Positions 36,298 through 42,691 of a stretch of DNA of 42,691 bases are shown here, one piece after another (the stretch's first letter is position 1; every line of letters starts with the position of its first letter). The stretch comes from Octopus sinensis (lineage: Eukaryota): assembly GCF_006345805.1 (NCBI RefSeq), contig NW_021835147.1, forward strand, positions 1 to 42,691, in the 5' to 3' direction. The notes under the pieces are model-generated. The model did not search any database, was not told where the DNA came from, and worked only from the letters and a program-made list of their open reading frames with translations. Both the position numbers and the translations under genes were made by a program.

Positions 36298-37045
36298 ACA
36301 CACACACACACACACGCACCCTCACACGCACACACACACAAACACACACACACTCACACACGTTAGCTTACAATTTTATTTATATATTTGCATGTCTATG
36401 TGTGTGAAGAGGAAGTGGGAGTAATATGCAGAGTAAAGGCTTCGAAGTGAAATGTTAAAATATTTTTTTCTCGAATTTTGTCTTAATTGGGGGTGAAATT
36501 GAAGGAAATTTTGTATGGCATGACCGAATGGAAGTACTTTGAAAAATCATAGGTAAACTCTAATTGAAGAAATTGTGTGAGGAGTAAATCGTTATGTATT
36601 TATTTGTTTCTGTTTGCTGTTTTTTTTTTTTTTGAGTAGTGGTTTAAGCTACACTTGCAAAGAGAAAGTGGGAGAAATTAGGGTGATAGCATTAGTGATC
36701 CGTTTTATATAAATAGTTTCACTTTAATCGTTGCACACTTGCAAAAAGAAAGGAGTAGAAATTAGGGTGATAGCGTGAGTGAAGCAGATCGCTCCGTTTT
36801 TGTGTGTGTGCGTGTGTGCGTGCTGTAGCCCACACTAAGAAAAGCACTTCACTTACACACCACAATGTGAGTTTTCTCTAAATTTTGCTTAATTGGGGTT
36901 GAAATTTTAAAAACTGAACCTGGCACGACCCGATGCATTCTACTCTTAAAAATGCTAGGTAAATTGTAATTGAAGAAATCGTATATTGTAGATTTCTATA
37001 AGAGACAAAGGGAGGCAGATAAAATCTGCCTTTTATAATAAGAGA
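36298..37045 (-). mobile_element. Helitron-like family B copy 1 (5' TCTCTTATTATAAAAGGCAGATTTTATCTGCC)
   Basis: A|TC start and a 5' GGCAGAT-TTT-ATCTGCC hairpin. The body is shared with about 38364-38869 and 40560-40980. The 3' end was not identified. Confidence 0.55.
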
Positions 37046-37066
37046 TCCGTTTGATATATATAATAA

Positions 37067-37460
37067 CTAGCAGTATCGCCCGGCGTTGCTCGGGTTTGTA
37101 AGGGAAATAATTATATAAGCATTTTTAGAGATGTAAAGTATAATAGCCATCTCAATATGGCTAACCACAAAGGGGGAGGGGTGTTACTGTAGCTTTTTAC
37201 GTTCTGAGATTTAATAATAAATTTTAGAGAGTTACTTCCCTTATATATGTCAAAAATGGATTAAAAATGGGAAAAATTGATGGTAAATTTTTTTTAAATC
37301 GTAGACTCATCGTAGACGCGCGCTAATACCCAGACGGTCTCCATATGAATCACGACTATAAGATACCCGGTTTTGGTTAAACTGCACCGCAAAATGTGGG
37401 AGTAGTTAGGAATCTAAATCGTAGGAGACAGACACACAACCTCACTTTTATATATAAAGA
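37067..37460 (-). mobile_element. Non-autonomous Helitron family A copy 2
   Basis: A|TCTTTATATATAAAAG 5' end; same GC hairpin and CTAG|T 3' end. Confidence 0.8.
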
Positions 37461-37620
37461 TTTCCTCTATTTACATAATATTGAGGTCTCTTTCTTTCTT
37501 TTGTTATCTTACTGTTTTTACCAATATACATATATATATATATAAATATATATATAGTTACAGAGATGTACTTGCATAGCAAGTGACTTGATCTGAGATT
37601 GTGTGCTGGAACGAAAACAG

Positions 37621-37878
37621 TTGCAGCGTTGAAGGTGTTTATAAGCCATTTAAGAAACACACAAAAACCGTTAGATTCACTTCAACATTTAAATTAAATT
37701 TGTCAAAAATTTTCGTCGCTTTGAGACTGCGACCTGTTAGCACGATATTTTTGTCAGTGAACAGGTCGCGGTCTCAAAGCGACGAAAATATTTTGGCAAA
37801 TTAAATTTAAATGTTGAAGTGAATGTAACGGTTTTTGTGTGTTTCTTAAATGGCTTACAAACACCTTCCACACTGCAA
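37621..37878. repeat. Long palindrome (about 118-bp arms, 21-nt loop) between TA runs
   Basis: TTGCAGCGTTGAAGG...GCGACCTGTT / AACAGGTCGC...CCTTCCACACTGCAA. Confidence 0.85.
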
Positions 37879-38363
37879 TATATATATACACACATATATA
37901 TATATGTATGTATGTATGTATGTGTGTATATGTGTATGCATGTATGTGTGTGTGTGTGTGCGTGTCTGTGCTTGTGATTGTCCTCCACCACTGCTGACAA
38001 CGAATGTTGTTTGTTTACATCCCTGTCACCTAGTGGTTTGACAAAGGAAACAGATAGAATAAGTACAATGCTTACAAAAATAAAACTGGAGTTGATTCAT
38101 TAAACTACAATTCTTCAAGGCATTGCCCCAGCATGGCCACAGAGCAATGGCTGGAAAAAGCAGAAGAATAAAAGAATTGAGGGGGACCTCTACATGGTAG
38201 CTAGACCTGGTAGAAATAGCAGCAAAATTTCCCCCAAATCACACCTTACTGTCTTATCTATGTATATATGTATGTATGAGCCTATGAGGGAGACCCCTAC
38301 ATGGCAGCTAGACATGGTAGAAATAGCAGCCAAATCTCCCTCAAATCACACCTTACTGTCTTA

Positions 38364-38869
38364 TCTTTCTGCTACTTGGATATAGGTGTTATATTCGTCT
38401 AAAAAAACTTTCCTGTCACACACTCACGCACACGCACACACACACACACACACGCACCGTCACACACACACACACGTGCACACACACACTCACACACACG
38501 CACGTTAGCTTACAATTTTATTTATATATTTGCGTGTGTATGTGTGGAAAGAGGAAGTGGGAGGCAGAGTGAAAGTATCACTCACTACAGTAAGTGAATT
38601 AGTTTCATTTTATTCATTGCCCACAGTGTGTGTGCGTTTGCGTGTGGTGTAAACCAGACTAAGAAAAGCATTTGACACACACACCAGAATGTGAGTTTTC
38701 TGTAAATTTTGCTTAATTGGAGTTTAAATTTTAAAAACTGGACCTGGCATGACGCGATGCATTGTACTCTTAAAAATGCCAGGTAAATTGTAATTGAAGA
38801 AATCCTATATTGTAGATTTGTATAACTCCCAAAGGGAGGCAGATAAAATCTGCCTTTTATAATAAGAGA
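38364..38869 (-). mobile_element. Helitron-like family B copy 2
   Basis: The 5' TC directly abuts the CTAG of the next Helitron. The low-coordinate end includes a piece of the 165-bp repeat. Confidence 0.55.
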
Positions 38870-39268
38870 CTAGCAGTATCGCCCGGCGTTGCTCGGGTTT
38901 GTAAGGGAAATAACTATATAAGCATTTTTAGAGAGTTATAGCCAAAAAATATTTTTAAAAAATGCATTAAAAATTGAAAAAAAATTAAGGTAATTTTTTT
39001 TTAAATCGTTGACACATCGTAGATATTTTTAGAGAGTTACTTCCCTTATATAATAATGAAAAATATGCATTAAAATGGAAAAATATGATGGTAAATTTTT
39101 TTAAAATCGTAGACTCATCGTAGACGCGCGCTAATACCCAGAAGGGCTCGATATGAATCACGACTATAAGATACCCGCTTTTGGTTAAACTGCACCGCAA
39201 AATGTGGGAGTAGTTAGGAATCTAAATCGTAGGAGACAGACACACAACTTCACTCTTATATATAAAGA
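38870..39268 (-). mobile_element. Non-autonomous Helitron family A copy 3
   Basis: A|TC start, hairpin and CTAG end, with an internal duplication. Confidence 0.8.
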
Positions 39269-39378
39269 TATAAGCCACGTAGTTATATACACATACTTTG
39301 TTATATACACATTCTTAAAAGAAATGTTTATTTTGAACACAACATTTCAAAGAATAAATATTTTTTGGTTTTTCTTAA

Positions 39379-40200
39379 CCCTTTCGTTACTATATTTATG
39401 ACCAAAATACACCCCTTATGTGTTCAATTAATTTCTAACGTAATCATAAATTTAGTCTGGTTTCATTAAACAACTATAACTTTTTTATTTATGAATATAT
39501 TAATCTGATTTTTGGAAATAATTTAGTGAAATGTTCTCAACCAATTCTATACTATAATTTTTGTCACAAAGTGACTCTAATTGCAGGTAGATACAGGTAA
39601 ATTCAACAATATATAAAATTATTAAAATTTTGTTCAAACATCGCTATAGAAAATGGGTTATTAGCTAATATTCAATTGGGTATACAACAAAATTTTTACG
39701 ATAGAATTTGTTATTCTGGGTAACTTTCTAATACCCATAATAATATTTATGGCAAAATAGGCCTTAATTTCATTTAAGGTTGTGGGAAATAACAAACTAT
39801 CGTTTCTTTCGCTTTGTTTAGGTTGAGATCAAATACCACATGCTTTTTTTTTTCAGTCATAGAGTTAGATTTATGAAGGTCTTCAGTAGAAAATCCTTCG
39901 AATTCTGACTCGCTGCTTGATATAATGAAATTCGTATCCATTTTTTGTCAGAATTACAAATTTTGAAAACACAATAGGAACAAATTTCGGGAAAAAATCT
40001 CCCATAATTCACGGAATTAAAATTACAAATCGATTTTTGTACAAAACTGTAGTTGAACTGTTTACCAAGTATAATACATGTTTTCACGAATGTTCTAAAG
40101 AGATTTACTCTGATATTCTCATTTAAATATGAATAGGTAAATTCGGGCGGCTTGGTCACATTAACCAAAATTTTTTTCGGGCGATTTGGTAACGAAAGGG
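39379..40200. mobile_element. piggyBac-like non-autonomous element (822 bp)
   Basis: TTAA|CCCTTTCGTTAC ... GTAACGAAAGGG|TTAA: a 12-bp TIR starting CCC with a TTAA duplication. Confidence 0.85.
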
Positions 40201-40559
40201 TTAAACGGATGCATACATTTATTAATAACTATATATCAGTGTCGTCTGTTTATACATAAACACTGTTTCATACTGCAATTATATATACATATATCTATAT
40301 ATAATATTATATAATAAAATATATACAGAGTAAAATAAAAACCAATTTACCTTTTCTGTATTGTTATTCGACCGTCCGTGTGTCTTTGCAAATGTGTTGG
40401 AATGATAAGTGAGTTGTGTTTTGGCGCCTTTTTTTACTAATAACAAACACACACGTGTTTGTATGTAGTTGTTTGAAACGTTTGTGTTTGCCACTCTCAT
40501 ATATGTATGTGTATGCGTGTGTGTGAGGAATGACACACACACACTCACGCACGCACACA

Positions 40560-40980
40560 TGTACATCAATGCTTTTATGAGCGTCATAGAGAGAAACAAA
40601 TATTACATCGCCATCGCCATAGCCATCGCCATCGCCATAGCCATCGCCATCGCCATAGCCATCGCCATCGCTATCGCATTCTATTTTCTACCTGTCAACA
40701 CACAGTGAATTAGTTTCAGTTTATTCATTGCACACTGTGTATGTGCGTTTGCGTGTGCTGTAAACCAGACTAATAAAAGCATTTGACACACACACCAGAA
40801 TGTGAGTTTTCTGTAAATTTTGCTTAATTGGAGTTTAAATTTTAAAAACTGGACCTGGCATGACGCGATGCATTGTACTCTTAAAAATTCTAGGTAAATT
40901 GTAATTGAAGAAATCCTATATTGTAGATTTGTATAACTCCCAAAGGGAGGCAGATAAAATCTGCCTTTTATAATAAGAGA
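40560..40980 (-). mobile_element. Helitron-like family B copy 3 with (GCCATC/GCCATA)n insert
   Basis: A|TC start at 40980; body colinear with copy 2. Left boundary approximate. Confidence 0.55.
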
Positions 40981-41217
40981 TAATAATCCCTGGATGAGAT
41001 TTATAAACATTTAAATGTTTATTAATTCCACCCAATGTTTATTGTTGATATTATTATATTTATCGTACATTATATCAGCACAGCTCAATGCAACCCCCAA
41101 AAAGTGGTTCACCAATCAACATCATTAGACTGTGACCAGTATAATGGAATAGGAGCTTTATTTGCATATTCAAAACATTTCTCATAGACAAATTTAAAAG
41201 ATATATATATATATATC

Positions 41218-41376
41218 TGTAAAATAATATGTGACAATTATTCGTTAGCCAAGATAAAACTCCGAGTTTCGGATGCCAAAGTGGAAATCCAGAACACCAT
41301 CTCTTCGGTTATCTTCAGCATCCGAAACTCGGAGTTTTATCTTGGCTACCGAATAATTGTCACATATTATTTTACA
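41218..41376. repeat. Palindrome with 59-bp arms (1 mismatch) containing a hammerhead-like fold
   Basis: Arms at 41218-41276 and 41318-41376. Minus-strand 41313-41253 folds as a type I hammerhead. Confidence 0.85.
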
Positions 41377-41459
41377 TATAAATTTCCTCTATTTACATAA
41401 TATTGAGGTCTCTTTCTTTCTTTTGTTATCTTACTGTTTTTACCTATATATATATAATA

Positions 41460-41687
41460 ATTTAGGGTATCTACTAGATACCACCACGCTGGAAATAGCA
41501 GCCAAAATCTGACTCTAAAACTACATTAAATGTTCATACAGCACAATGGGAGAAGACAATTTTTTGCTAGTTTATTCTGTTTTTTTTTTGTCTTCTTTCC
41601 TTGTGCTTTATGAACATTTAATATGGTTTTAGAGTCAGATTTTGGCTGCTATTTCCTGCGTGGTGGTATCTAGTAGATACCCCAAAT
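41460..41687. mobile_element. MITE with about 100-bp TIRs and probable TA TSD
   Basis: TA|ATTTAGGGTATCTACTAGATACCACCACG... / ...CGTGGTGGTATCTAGTAGATACCCCAAAT|TA. Confidence 0.75.
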
Positions 41688-41769
41688 TATAATTTTAATA
41701 ATAATTATTACCTTTGAAGGTTTTTATTCCCATGCTGGCCACTTGATAATTTAATTTAAATTAACGATC

Positions 41770-41903
41770 TTAGGAAGGGCATCCAGCCGTAGAAACACTG
41801 CCAGATCTGACTGGGCCTGATGAAGCCTTCCGGCTTCACAGACCCCAGTTGAACCGTCCAGCCCATGCTAGCATGGAAAACGGACGCTAAACGATGATGA
41901 TGA
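41770..41903 (+). mobile_element. Retroposon 3' end with (TGA)n tail
   Basis: TAGGAAGGGCATCCAGCCGTAGAAAC...CATGCTAGCATGGAAAACGGACGCTAAACGATGATGATGAT. Confidence 0.65.
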
Positions 41904-42691
41904 TATACATGATAGGCTTCTACATAATTTCCATCTACAAATTCACCCACAAAGCATTGGTCAGCTGGGGCTATAGTAGAGGACTCTTAACCAAGGTATC
42001 ATGCAGTGGAACAGAACCTCAAACCATGTGGTTGCAAAGCAAGTTCTTAACCACACAGCCACACCTGCATCTCTCTATATACACACACACACATTAAATA
42101 TACATGCATACACTCACGTTCACAGCACTGGTTTATTGCCCATCAGATATCTCCCTAACAAGACTACTCTCTCTCTAATATACACTTATTCTGTAGTGTT
42201 ACCCTACCAAACATTATGTTTGTCTGGGTTTGCTTCATTTTTCAATCAGTTATCTTGATATTTTTCATTATAGATTCATCATACAATCTGACAAAGGTGA
42301 CATAATTATTTCATATTTTTCTGTAACTTACTCTTAAACATCTGTCTATTTTCATGTCAAAAATCTGATATAGTTTAACTGAACATCAACGATGCCACCC
42401 TGGTTGTGAACATCTGTGAATAGAGAAATTTAATTACACACCAGACATCATCAATGATATCTGTAGTCTGACTAAACATCTCGCTACAATATGAATGTTC
42501 AGAGTGGTCTGTCTCAGTACATCGACAACTTTCTGTTGCTTTCTGTATTCTGACAGAAACATTTGAACTTATCTATAACACTTTCGACCCCTTACCCCAA
42601 CCCTTTCTGTGTCTTCATTTATCTCTCCCTCCTCTCTGAGCTTTCCTATCTGCTGTCATTTTATAATACACTCTCCTACCTGTTATTTCTT

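Noticed and set aside
40609-40678. Poly-(AI) peptide ORF
   Set aside because: A hexanucleotide microsatellite within a Helitron-like repeat.

Overview
Eukaryotic, very repeat-dense window. The repeat repertoire of tRNA-headed SINEs with (TGA)n/(ATT)n tails and huge GATA/TA/AAT microsatellite fields looks like an octopus or other coleoid cephalopod genome; this is inference from pattern. One host gene can be supported: a minus-strand MFSD6-like major facilitator transporter. Its N-terminal exon (16795-16714) splices in frame across an ~8-kb intron to a 1527-nt exon (8694-7168); the exon for the last 1.5 TM helices was not found. Everything else is mobile or repeat DNA: CR1-, RTE- and R4/Dong-type LINE 3' fragments, many SINEs, and non-autonomous DNA elements with diagnostic ends (Tc1/mariner, Merlin-like, hAT-Charlie-like, piggyBac-like, Helitrons). 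The most unusual structures are: (i) an intronic foldback element whose inverted arms are built from 2 versus 16 copies of a 77-bp unit; (ii) Penelope-type ends with minimal hammerhead-ribozyme folds and non-canonical cores, plus long TA-flanked palindromes; (iii) a 4-kb (AAT)n landing pad holding at least three kinds of retroposon, some nested; (iv) a same-strand head-to-tail Helitron train; and (v) several pre-miRNA-sized hairpins in or next to the gene. All coordinates were counted by hand; boundaries marked approximate may be off by a few bases.
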